This document shows, in pieces, positions 36,891 to 48,702 of a DNA stretch of 64,000 bases; position 1 is the first letter of the stretch, and each line of letters begins with the position of its first letter. The stretch covers positions 50,282,001 to 50,346,000 of the forward strand of contig CM060734.1 in assembly GCA_030704615.1 (NCBI GenBank). The letters run 5' to 3'. The DNA is from Takakia lepidozioides (lineage: Eukaryota > Plantae > Bryophyta). The position numbers and the translations under genes were made by a program. The notes below the pieces were generated by a model. It made no database searches. It was not told the DNA's origin and saw nothing but the letters and a program-made list of their open reading frames with translations.

Positions 36891-37957
36891 TGCTGGGAAT
36901 ACTCCTGTTTACAAGCTTCCACAAGCGGAAGGTGGGATAAGAGCAGCACTTGATGCCTGTGGTTATGATGACGTCTAGATGATATTCTACTTGTATTCTT
37001 TTCATTTCTGATGTGTGTTGTGGTATGTGTAGATTAGGTGTTTCAGATCATCAATGGGATGACTCATGGGGGTTCAAATCCCCTCTGAAACAGGGCACAT
37101 AGAAACTGGTTAGCAATTTCTTAAAATGTCACTGTGTGTGCAGAGCTGGGCGCTGGCGATCTGTCTGGGGACTTTGATGCAGACAGCATTGACCCCTTAG
37201 ACAGAATAATAACAACCCAGGTGGTGAAGATACTGGTGGACTTGTACATGAACTCCCAGTTCTATATGATGGCTCTTTCTCGGGTCCATTAAATCAGTCA
37301 GATTGTACGTTTCCCTGGCAGTCTTGTCTCTGCAAATGCTTATCTAGTTCTATGTGCCCTAATTTATGTGCAAGATCTCTCAGATAAGCAGTCAAAGAGT
37401 CCTCCAATTCTAAATTTGTGGACAAAAGGAAATAAACTGCATGGTTCAGCTTCAGGTTCAAATGCTACAAGCTGAAAAGGACTCTATTGGGCACAGAAAA
37501 CATGATTTGGACCTGATGTTGTCTGGCTCTGTTGGGTCTCTCAGGAAGGTACAAGTCTGGAGGCTAGTGGGAGCCAAGCAAGCATTTTCCAGCAAGCTTT
37601 CACCCTCACCCGAAGGTCATTCGTTAATATGTCCAGAGACATTGGGTATTATTGGTTGCAGCTTGTTATATACATTCTTCTCACTGTTTGCATTGGCACT
37701 ATCTACTTCGATGTTGGTCTGGATTTTTCAGCAATCATGGTAAGAGATTGTGCTTGATGAATTTTCCTTTGGCCATTGTGAGCTTTACCAAACAATGTCT
37801 GTCTGCAGAGTTGAATTGAAGGTGACACTTCTAGGAAAAGGACTGTTAGAGAAAACATGGTGAATAGTAATCATACTGAAGTTCTCTGGGGCTCTCCCAA
37901 AGTGAAAATACCTTGTCTACTGTGATAGACCTCACTAAATGCCGTTCGCTTTTTGCC

Positions 37958-39090
37958 TGCGTGCGTGGAGAGCCTCATGATGGCCGTTGCTAGTGTGGTG
38001 TGAAACTTCATAATGGGCATCATCACAGGTGCTGGGATTCAGCCTTCAGGTACACTTCCTGCTTTGCAAATCAAATTGGACTTCTAGGCTGATCCTTAGC
38101 CACCCTTCTGTATTATTGCATTACTGCATCTTACTGCATACTAACCCACTTAGATGTAATTGTGCCCAGGATCTTAGGCATATAGGATATGTTGAGACTG
38201 CCAGAGATTGTTTCAACTCTCTTAACCAAAGCCAATAACAATTCACTCATGTATTTGAGTTTGCCTGGGTTGGCATTGGTATAAAGGTAGCCAACCATCA
38301 TGAGGTGGATTCCAGCCCTGCTCTTTTCTTTAACTCTATCGTGCGATGGTGATATATGTGACTGTGGTTGCACAGTTATTCATGTTGTAGACAGCATAAA
38401 GTAGAGGGAGTGTTTGAGAGAGATTCGTCACTGCATAATGTTACCCTGTTTGTGGCTCAGGGTATATATATGCTGGTGGCGGGATTTTTCCGACTCCCCA
38501 AAGATCTGCCTAAGGCCGTCTGGCGCTACCGTATGTCTTACATAGGCTTCCATATGTATGCTCTTTAGGTATGTACGGCCAACTTTCCAAGCTCAACTTG
38601 TGCACTTGTTGGGCAATAGCTATTTCCCGTCTTTACTTATTAAGGGCTATCTTTATTTACAAGGAAAATCTGGATCTTAGGAGTTTTTGTCAACATGAAT
38701 TGAAATTTGGTTACAGTTTGTTCACTTCAAGCATGCGCCCTTGTTAACATATTATACTTGAGGAGAATTTCCTTTTGGCTTGAGAACAACTGTCTGACCG
38801 TCGGCTTTGAGTGTCCGAAAGGTGCACAACCATCACACTGGGTCCTGTTGTACTGAAAATATGCAGCTTGATTGGTAAGTCAGTACTCAGGGACTGATGA
38901 TTGTGGTTGTTGATTGACAGGGTATGTATCAAAAATGATTTTCTGGGTCTAACCTTCAAGAACTTCATCCTGAATGGCGCGTCCATTGGTCCCCCCATCT
39001 CAGGAGAATACGTAGTGCAGAAACTCTATCAGATCGATACCAACCGAAGCAAATGGAGAGATTTGGCAGTTGTCTTTGGCATGGTCATTG
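37958..39090 (+). pseudogene. ABCG (WBC, ABCG11-like) transporter C-terminal exons, pseudogene fragment
   Basis: VESLMMAVASVV*NFIMGIITGAGIQ; GIYMLVAGFFRLPKDLPKAVWRY; ..NDFLGLTF..GEYVVQKLYQID.NRSKW.DLAVVFGMVI. Introns retained, stops present, no ATPase domain. Confidence 0.8.
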
Positions 39091-39546
39091 GCTTGATGAG
39101 AGGGGCAGTCCTGTGTTCAACATCTTAAATTTAGACATGTTTGTTTATTTCTCATGGTGTGGCTTTGGATGGAGCCCTTGACGAACTTGCATGAATATTG
39201 TCAAAAGCTAGCCTTAACCCACCAAGATCCAATCCCATGGTGGATGCTTGAAAGTTCATATAGTGAATGTAAGGGTATTTGGGTATGTTGTTATTGGTTG
39301 ATGTGGCTTGTGAAAATTGAACATTGAAATGCAGATCCGCCATTTTTCTTCTAGGAAAAAACAAAACACGGGATCTCTGCATGTAACACTGTGGGGATGA
39401 CCCACCCTTTTTTTTTGAAAAATTGAATGTAGTTCTCAGAATTCGTCGCTAGTAGTGCGGAGCAATGCGAAGCCCTAGTTAATAGAGAAAAATGTCAACA
39501 TCAGTGGAAAAAAATAACCACTGCGAAATGCATGATACAATTTACA

Positions 39547-39792
39547 AAACCAACAGTCAGTAGCTCAGTTGGTTGGTGCACTGAGTGCCACCCAGATGAT
39601 TCCGGGGTCAAATCTTGCTACTTGATGGGTGTGGTATGCTCTTCTCCCCCTTCCCTGGGCGGTGTCCCATTTCTCAGCCTCCATGGCACGGTTACTGTGA
39701 AAGAGGTTATTTTCTCCTCACTAAGTTATCAAGGGGCCTGATTTGTGAGCTGTTGCTCCCAGGTGTTTCCCTTTTTAATATATATATATATA
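39547..39792 (+). mobile_element. tRNA-derived SINE family B, full length
   Basis: A box TAGCTCAGTTGG; colinear with 20978-21230; (TA)n tail. Confidence 0.8.
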
Positions 39793-41899
39793 CAAACTAT
39801 CGTTACTATATCTCAAGATAAATTATATACTAGAAAACAGAAAACCAGATTATATATTTTCTTAAATTTGTTTCCAAGGAAACAACAGCCCCAGCAACTC
39901 GCCGGCCATGATGAAGACATTACCAGGGCAGAGCCCAGCCCGAAGGCAGATTATATTCTATATAATGTATTTATTATATCATTGATTTTTTCATTGTATT
40001 TCTTATCATTTTTGGTTTTTTGTTTTTTTAATCAATGCTTGTAATGAAATTTCTCTTAAAAATACTAGAAAAATCACACCAAAATCTTTTAAAATATCTT
40101 TGCTTTGGACTCTGAAGTTAGAGTGGCCACACAAGAAGCCAAGTGGCTGCATATCCTCCCATTTTCCTATCTTACCCCTTTCCCGCTAGATAAGCCATAC
40201 CACCAAGCCTGGGTGTAAGTTTAGGGGGAATACAACATAAAAAGACCATGGATCCATAGTTAGTTCATACTATAGTGATGCGAAACAACTGAAAAAAGCT
40301 TTGCACATTTTGAACCATTTCAACAAGCTCCCATACTTATGTTTGTCTTTGAATTGTGTATGTCTCGAGGATAGAGGTAGGAAAGCAAGAGAGTGGATTC
40401 AACCCAAATGATGACCAAGTTGTTATAGCAAGCATAGTACTTGACACATGTTGGTTGGTTATCCGTATGCTCCAATCCAAGAAATTGCTGTAATTGTTGT
40501 AAATTTAGTTTAATTTTGTCATACCAATAGACCAAACAGACTCAATTTTATGAGTATAGTATTAATATTTGTTTTGTTTGTAACATTTTCTAACTTGTTG
40601 AAGCTTGGTTTTTTGAAGTCATTTGAAATCATCATCGTCGAACTAGTTGTTTCATCTTGGGTAGACCGAGAGCATCAAATGAAATATAGACTCTTGCCAA
40701 AGCAAGTGTATGGACTATGAACTTCTCTAGGTGTGTGACAAGCCTTCAAGCAATTCAAAGTTGCTCTCAAAACTATGATGTCTTTCGGAGCGAACTAGTT
40801 CATGTATTTCCATCTTGTTTTCTTATTTTTTTGAATGGTCTTGAAGAGATTGCCCCTTCATCTTATTCTTGCTTGATGAATATAGATCACTCTGAGATCG
40901 TCCAATGGGCCGCTTGAGTGTTTTTTACCCAACTTTTTCTTTGTGATGCCCTCATACGAATTCGTTGTGCAACTGCCTCAAGTGCTCTATATCTCGATGC
41001 TCTCTTTTGAGTATGGAGTACTTACTTTCCCGAGCACCCAGCTTTGGCACCTAACATTTCTTATGTTGTCCACACCTGCAGCTGTGTAGGCTTCGCCTTA
41101 CAACGGGGTTCCCCTCTTTGGTGGACACGAAATATGATAGAATATGAAAACTCGGTTCTTACAGGTAAGAGCTCTCGACAGCCCTTTTTATACAGGTGCT
41201 ATAAAACAAAGTTGTGTATTATCATGATAAGTGAACATTTGTGAATATATAGATTGCGTTAACGTTGTATTGGTCCTTCGGCATTCCAGGAGTGATGTCT
41301 GTATGCATAAGAATTCAAAGTATCCACGTGGAATCCCCGCAATATTTTGCTCCCGTTGACTTTCGATTATGCTTGTCTCTTCCAAATTATGCGTGGTCGC
41401 TGCCATTTTCACTACAGAATGTGATTGTATTTATGGTATAAAGCCTCTTTGGGTGTCATGACAGTGAATGTCTCCACTGGGAACAAGCATGACATCACAA
41501 TTATAGAGCTATGACTTGTGAGGGTGCAAAATTGACATTCAGCAATTTTGTCACATTATTGGAATAACGGTGTACACATTAGCCCAAATTAGCTCAAATT
41601 AGCAGGGGTACTCATTACTCGTTAACGGTACAAATGTCGGCGCCAGATTGTCAAGTGTATTTGTGTTGTGTACCAAATTCTAAGTGAGATTTGAGAGGAA
41701 AAATGCTCAAACAAAATCCTTTCTCTTACAACATCCCCTAGTTTTAGCAGCGATTCCATAAAAGCGATTCATTCAAAGCAGTGATTCCTAGTAGCTGGAG
41801 AACAAGCTGTAGGAGCGTCTTATTTGTTGTTGAGGAGCTGGCTGGAAACAGAGCACTGCATGGATTGAGAAGTGTCTATGAGCTCCACTTACAGTGGTT

Positions 41900-42345
41900 C
41901 TACCTTGTAGACTAGGAAAATACTATATGGGGAAAAAATGTTGAATCCCTATAATATTTTGGTACCTGTAGAGCACGTGGAAAAGGAATGGTTCTACCTC
42001 TAAGATTATAATATACAACATATTATGGTAAAAACAATAGTTCTACCTCTATTTTGCTGGTATATCATATGTTAAAAAAACAATAATTCTATCTCTCCAA
42101 TTTTGGTATATAGTAAGTGGAAAAAACAACGATGTTACATATATTTTGCTGGTATGTAATATGTGGAAAGAACATTAGTTTCTACCTCTATATTTCAGGT
42201 ATATAGTAAGTGAAAAAACAATGATTTTACCTGTATTTTGGTAGAAAAAATAATGCTTTTATCTGGTATACAGCATGTGGAAAAAACCACGGTTCTGCCC
42301 TTAAGAATTTGGTATACAATATGTGGAATAGAGCATGACTTTACC
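41900..42345. repeat. Degenerate ~46-bp tandem array (~9 units)
   Basis: Unit consensus approximately GGAAAAAACAATAGTTCTACCTCTATTTTGCTGGTATATAATATGT. Confidence 0.75.
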
Positions 42346-43749
42346 CTGTAGAATAGGAAAAGTGGTGTGTTCTTTTTCCTGTGAGGTGCGAGAATGAAAC
42401 ATTTCACCTTTGTTGGACCATTTCTTTTTACATGAGAATTTACACGTATTTAAAAGGGTATATGATGTTTTTTCTGTAAAGAGAACATTCCCAAAGGCTC
42501 TTGTGAGGGTGGTCATTAATAGTATGTTATCAAAGGCTTTTTTCGTGTTTGGTTCACCGAGGATGCCCCCTGACCCTTTTTCTGTTCGTATTGTGGGCGA
42601 TGCTCTAGATGTTTGTTTTGTGAACCAGAGACAATAATGACGAGTGACGATCATAGAATATTTAATATTTTTTCTCAAAAAAATTGTTCAATATCATTAA
42701 TTCTCAAAAAATTATTTTAAAAAGAAAATTATTTTAAGAAATCCAAACAGGATTTGAGAACACAAATTTCAATGAAAGAGTTGAGCTCCATTTATTTATA
42801 TAGGTATTTGGTCGTAAATAAGAGTGTGATGAACTATTTTGTTGATATTTGGGTTATTTGTATGCATTAATGTAATCTCTCAAGTTTTTAGGACGACTAT
42901 TTACGATAAATGAATGATGTAACATTGTAAAGTGATTTGTGTAGATGAAAACATCAGTATATGCATCAGCTCCAAGTCTTGGAATGCATACAATCGTCCG
43001 TTCACAGCATTGAACTTCAACTTTCATTGTTGCCTATCCAGATAGGTGCGAGCTCATGTTTATTTGAATTGCAAATATTGTACATGGTCAGTGCACTTAG
43101 AACACGTTGACAATGTGCTCATATACATAAAATGCTATCTAGAGACAATTTTAAACTGACTTGTACATAAGTGAGCACTACTTTCGTTCTGCTAATGCCT
43201 CTAGAGATAATGTCCAGACTGCATTTTTTATGTCAAATAGTACAATATAGAGGTCTATATAAGCGTCCAAAAGATGGTGTCTCGGTTTTAGTTTCTTGCG
43301 AAAGCAAAGTATGTTCAAACATATTTCCAAAGGTGTCAAGTACATGAGCGTATACTGATCTGAGTCAGGGCATTCCGTGTTTCAGATACGCATCCGAGGA
43401 GGTGTGGGGTGATCGCCACTCTTCTCCCAAAACTGTGATGCCTCGGGCTGATGCTAAGAGGATAGTAGTTAGGCTGGAAAAGCAAGCAGGAAGTATAACG
43501 AAGTTCTGTCCATGAACATTGGAGCAGAGTCCTAGCCCAGCTGTGTTAGGTGGCCAAGGAAACTCGCCTCTTTGGGATATTACAAGGCTGAAGAGTATCA
43601 ACTTTTTATTATGTGGTGTTTGCCCTATATCTTGGACCATCTCAATCTAGGGAAGAGTACACTCAAGTCATCGCCGCATCCTTGTGGTTGCAACAACAAG
43701 ATGAGCAAGAATATGTAAATGCACGAAGGCCAGCAGTATCCTAGGAAAG

Positions 43750-44500
43750 GTAGGTGTGGTGCTCACTGAGGTTGGTCGCTTATTCTATTTTCACTCACGA
43801 AGATACGGTTGGTATGGGAACTGCTCGCGGGGAGCTTTTGGCTACTTGGAGGATACGAGTAGAGAAGAGTTTGGGCTCCAACTTCTCTCCCTTGGAGCAT
43901 GTGGTAGGTTTGTAACCTTCATTGTATTATTAAGATAGCCTAACTTATGAGTTTCTTTCAAAATCATTTGTGATTTGTAATTGACATCCAACATATTGTA
44001 CTTAACCATTCCACTGTAACATGTTCTTCAGGTAGTGGAGAGCTTTTGGATGACGTAGTGAGGCATGGATGCCATGATACATTCTGGTGCTATCCATTTC
44101 AGCGACAAGTATCGACCTACATGGCCATCCCCACCAACAGAAACTAAACAAAGTCTCATATATTCAAGACTATGAGCGTCGTTGTTTTACAGATACGTTT
44201 TCACATATCCAAGAGGACAATTATGGGCTTTTGCCGCACCAACGTGCACTCAAGGAGCTTCACGTGTACCTATGGCTATGAAGAGACTTTTATAGGCCTC
44301 CAACCACAAATTCCTTGGTGTGTGAGGAGTGGCATAGAAGTTGTGCTACTGTGACACACTCCGGCCAACCAACTTCTCCCCATGTTCTTGTGAGTGTCTC
44401 AGAATGATAGAAGAAAAAGGCATATTGGTGGGTCCTAAACGTCCTAATATTAAAAGAATGGGTGAAGACTCTCGTTTGTATCTCAAGCACTTATGTACTT
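43750..44500 (+). mobile_element. Transposase remnant, En/Spm (CACTA)-like C-terminus
   Basis: ELLDDVVRHGCHDTFWCYPFQRQV resembles the H..D.I...G.....W.YPFER motif; frameshifted. Confidence 0.4.
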
Positions 44501-47057
44501 GTTTGCTACAACCCCTCACTTTCATTTGGCTCACCAGGGCCAGCCTAGCAAGGGTGGTTGCAAGCATCCCCTCTTATATTTCCCCTTCAGATGCGGAAGT
44601 TTGGAAGTTGAGCTCTCTCACAAGGAACTCGGGTAATATAGGTACATAAGTTGTTGAGACAACATTGGGAATTATTTTATGGAAAATATGTGCAATTTAT
44701 ATCAACATTCAAATGAAACAAATGATTCACCGCATCGTGGCTCATCCCAATTGATGATATATGTTGGTAGCTCACAGAATATAAATAGGTCATTACAATT
44801 AATGAATACAAGTATGCTTACTATGTAATACCACATTTGCAATGTTGTTGATGTGCATTTGTCTGAATGTGATCTAATTGAGAGATATAAATCATAATAT
44901 TGTGCATTGAAGTTGTATGTGAAAATAAGTCATGAATAGTTGTTGGATAGAATAAAGATAAAATCTAGTTTGTATTTTAAAAACTTGAAGAAGAGGAAGC
45001 CCTAAAAAAAGGGGGATTCCATTGTCTAAGTGGAAAAGCTCGTTCATATAGTGTAATAAAATTAATTTACTATTTTTGTACTCAAACTATATTTGAATTT
45101 TAAAATTTAGATATGAAAAATTATGAATGATATTATATAAAGTCTATGGTAAATATGACTTAACATAATCATCATTGTTAATTTAACTAACAATATGAAT
45201 GGGCTCTTTAGTCATTTACTTTTTTTCTTTCAATTATTAAATATCGTAACACAAATTTCATCCAATGTATAAAGTCATATTATGATAACACCATAGATCT
45301 CAGTAGTTATTTATTATTTCATTCAGGATTAACTAAAATACAAAAATTCGATGGTTTACAGATGGAAAGACACATTTGATTGAAATGTAGACCATGGTAT
45401 TTTATGTGATAGATATTGCATATTTTGCATATTATAATAGAACATTCTTAACTCAATGTCAACATTGGACTATTAATTTGTATAGTTCATAATACTGTTA
45501 TTGTCTCAAAACTAGGCTTACACTAAACGCTTTACAGAAGAGAACTGTCTAGGATAACTGCATAGAGTGGTTGCAGAAAATACATGAAATGTTACATGCA
45601 TATCATCAATAGTACATGATAATGTGAAAGACTAGATTTTGCACTTAATGTTTTTCTTCTATTATGTTGAAAGTGTACTATTTGGTGTATCCTGTATGAA
45701 ATTGCCATAATAAAATTTATATCCTGTTGCTAACTAGAGTAGCACCAACATTACATCTCATTCTTACACAAACCTTGCATCAGTTTTTGGTCATTGAAAG
45801 CCTTCAAAGCAGTTTAATCCAAAATATTAATTTATTACATCATGTCATTAATATTTTACATCTTTCATGAGCACTAGTGTAATAGTGAAGAGGGAAAAAT
45901 CTCCATAAAATTCTAAAGTCATTTTCATCCATAGTTATATTTTGGAGAAATACCCTTTTGAGACTTGGAGATAGTTGAATGCCAAAGTTAGATTAATATA
46001 AGTATTACAAAGACGGGTCCCAAGAAAACAAAAAGGTATGATTGAAATATGTCTAAGGTATTAAAATTTGAATATGTTAACCTATCTCTGGATTAAAAAC
46101 TCAATTTGAAAAATCATTGCATGTATCATACTTCACATATGCAGAATTGGGAAAGATTTCGAGTGCAAAGTTAGAGCATATTGTTGAGATTTGACATCAT
46201 GTAGATTAGACATATAGACACATTTTTGGTCTGTTTTTGTGTTCCTGATTTACATATTATTAAAATGAATTCAGATCCTCAAAACTACTAATTGTTTTAA
46301 AGTGGGTTTGCCCTAGCATCAAGCAAGAAGTAACAAATTCCAAAGAGCCTGACCCGGCCACTCCAACATCTTCAATGCCTATGAGTGTGCCCAAGGCACC
46401 ACAAAAATCAAGCATTAGGCGACCATTGTCATTAATACAACCCAATGCATTGGATCCAAATGCCATGTCAACAGCATTGGATGAAGGCCCGTTAAAGATT
46501 GATATACAATCTCAAGAGCTTCCACCAAAAAGGTTATTATCATGTTTTACAAAATCACAAAAGAACAAATTCTAAGGATGACGATCTACTAAAAATGAAA
46601 TAATATCTAATATTATCTAATATTTGTACAAAATTTCCTTTCATTTTCTTGTGTTCGAAAACCATACACTGACTTCGGTGTCACAAATGATGTTCATTCC
46701 TCTTCTAGACTATATAGGTTTACACTACAACCGCACTGATGTCATTGAGAGGCGTATCATTAAATTGGCTACATTAAAAATTTGGGATGACATGAGCCAA
46801 GATCATAAACCCTTGTAATTCGGTTTCCGAAAAGCAAATGGAATTGTAGAGATTTTACATCAAATCTTCATGATGAGGATAAATGTTTGTATTGTTTGCA
46901 ATTTGCAGATAATAACCTAAAGAACATGTTCAAGTATCATCATTGAACCCAAATTAATAATAATAATAATAATAATAGTTCAACTTGACAACAACTCAAA
47001 ACCCTAATTATTTTTACCATCTACTATAAACATAATTTTGTTTGTGTAATCAACCAG

Positions 47058-48702
47058 CCTGCAAGAGGAGGTTTTGCTTGATCCGAATCCCCTTGTTTAT
47101 TTCGATATCAAAATAGGGGGAAAACACCGAGGCCGCATTTGGATGGAGCTCTATAAAGACACCACCCCCAAAACTGCTGAAAACTTTAGAGCCCTATGTA
47201 CTGGCGAATTCGGTAGCGGTATATGTGGAAATCCTCTATGGTACAACGATACTTATATCCACCGCATTATCCCTAATTTCATGATCCAGGTAGGCCGACT
47301 AACATATTTGTCAGTCTAGAAATACATATGAATGGCCATATTTAAATTAATTCAAATATTAAATTGCTAATAATTAAACCCATTAAAATGCACAATACCC
47401 ACTTTAATCCTATTGCTTTGTACCGTATGAACACAATGGCAGTGCCTCACCTATTGGTCTTCATGGCTTCCCCACAAGGTTATTTTTTCCTTGCTTTTCT
47501 TCCATTGCAATTTGAAATAAATTTCCAGGGCCTTTGTCCCCTGTTCTTTAAAAATAAAAAAATAAAAAAACACAATGACATGACGCCTGAGAAAAATGTG
47601 GTAGCAGGGTGGTGATACTATCCGCAACAATGGCATGGGTGGAGAGTCCATATATGGGGAGGTCTTTCCGGATGAGAATTTTACAAAGAAACACACAGGC
47701 TTTGGGGTTTTATCAATGGCAAACTCAGGCCCCAACACAAATGGTTCACAGTTCTTCATTTGTACTGTGCCTTGCCCTTGGCTCGATGACAAACATGTGG
47801 TGTTTGGTCAGGTTACTTGTCATTCTCTCCCCCCCAATACAAATCTTCCATGTCATTTTCAGATACTGTTCTTTGAAATTTAAAAACATGGTCTTCTTAG
47901 CTACCTGATGTTGATGCTAGACCTTTGAAAAGACTAGCTATGTTGATGCTGGAGCTGCTCACTGATAGTCTATATTGGGTATTCATGTTCATGCTTTAGA
48001 GTGCCAGTGTTTAAGCATTAAATGAGGAGGGAGAAGGAGATACAGGTGATACAAGGCGAAGAGGTGGTGAAGATGATAGAAGCCAACGGTTCTTTGAGAG
48101 GTTGCCCTACTGAGATAGTGCAAATATGGAGTTGTGGCCAATTGCCACTAAATACACAAAAGCTACCCACCAGACCAAACTGGGGTGGAGGGAGAATTTT
48201 AGCTGAGGCACCAGACTTTCCACGACAAGATCTACCCCAACCATCCCAGTATTGGCCCTCCATATTTAGGAGGCGGAATAATTCAGTCGCAACTACAGTG
48301 AGAAGGAACATAAAAGATCTAAAAAATATCATAACAAATATCGAAAAGTTACGGCTTGAGATCTATCCAAGGAAGCCAATCTATGGGGGCAGGAAGAGGA
48401 AGGTGTTGAATGCGGGTCAGACAAAAAGGCTTTGCATAATCAATCCTTTCTCTATGGAACACAATCTGAGTTATAGATGGTCTATTTCCCCGTTCGCTCA
48501 ATTGGACACAGATAAAATTCTAGAGCCTAGTCTGGGATTGACTGAGGTCCCAAATTCAAAACTCTTGAGAAGGATTTCTAACTTTCTCAACAGGGCCGAA
48601 GATGAGCCCATCCGCCCTCGTTACTCAAAGTTGCCTAGCTCTAAAAAAGAAATGTTCTTCAAGCAAAAGGAGTATCCTTGCCTGAAGAGAAGCCCGCGGT
48701 AA
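47058..48702 (+). CDS. Cyclophilin-type peptidyl-prolyl isomerase with long basic C-terminal extension (5' exons unresolved, probably from ~46310)
   Basis: Exons 47058-47289 ([31 protein letters not shown]), 47608-47811 ([29 protein letters not shown]), 48046-48702; frame is preserved across junctions. Confidence 0.85.

Noticed and set aside
41410-41420. CACTA terminus (cactacagaa)
   Set aside because: No matching inverted end or 3-bp TSD was found.
41900-42345. CRISPR-like array
   Set aside because: Units are contiguous degenerate repeats without unique spacers; there are no cas genes and the context is eukaryotic.
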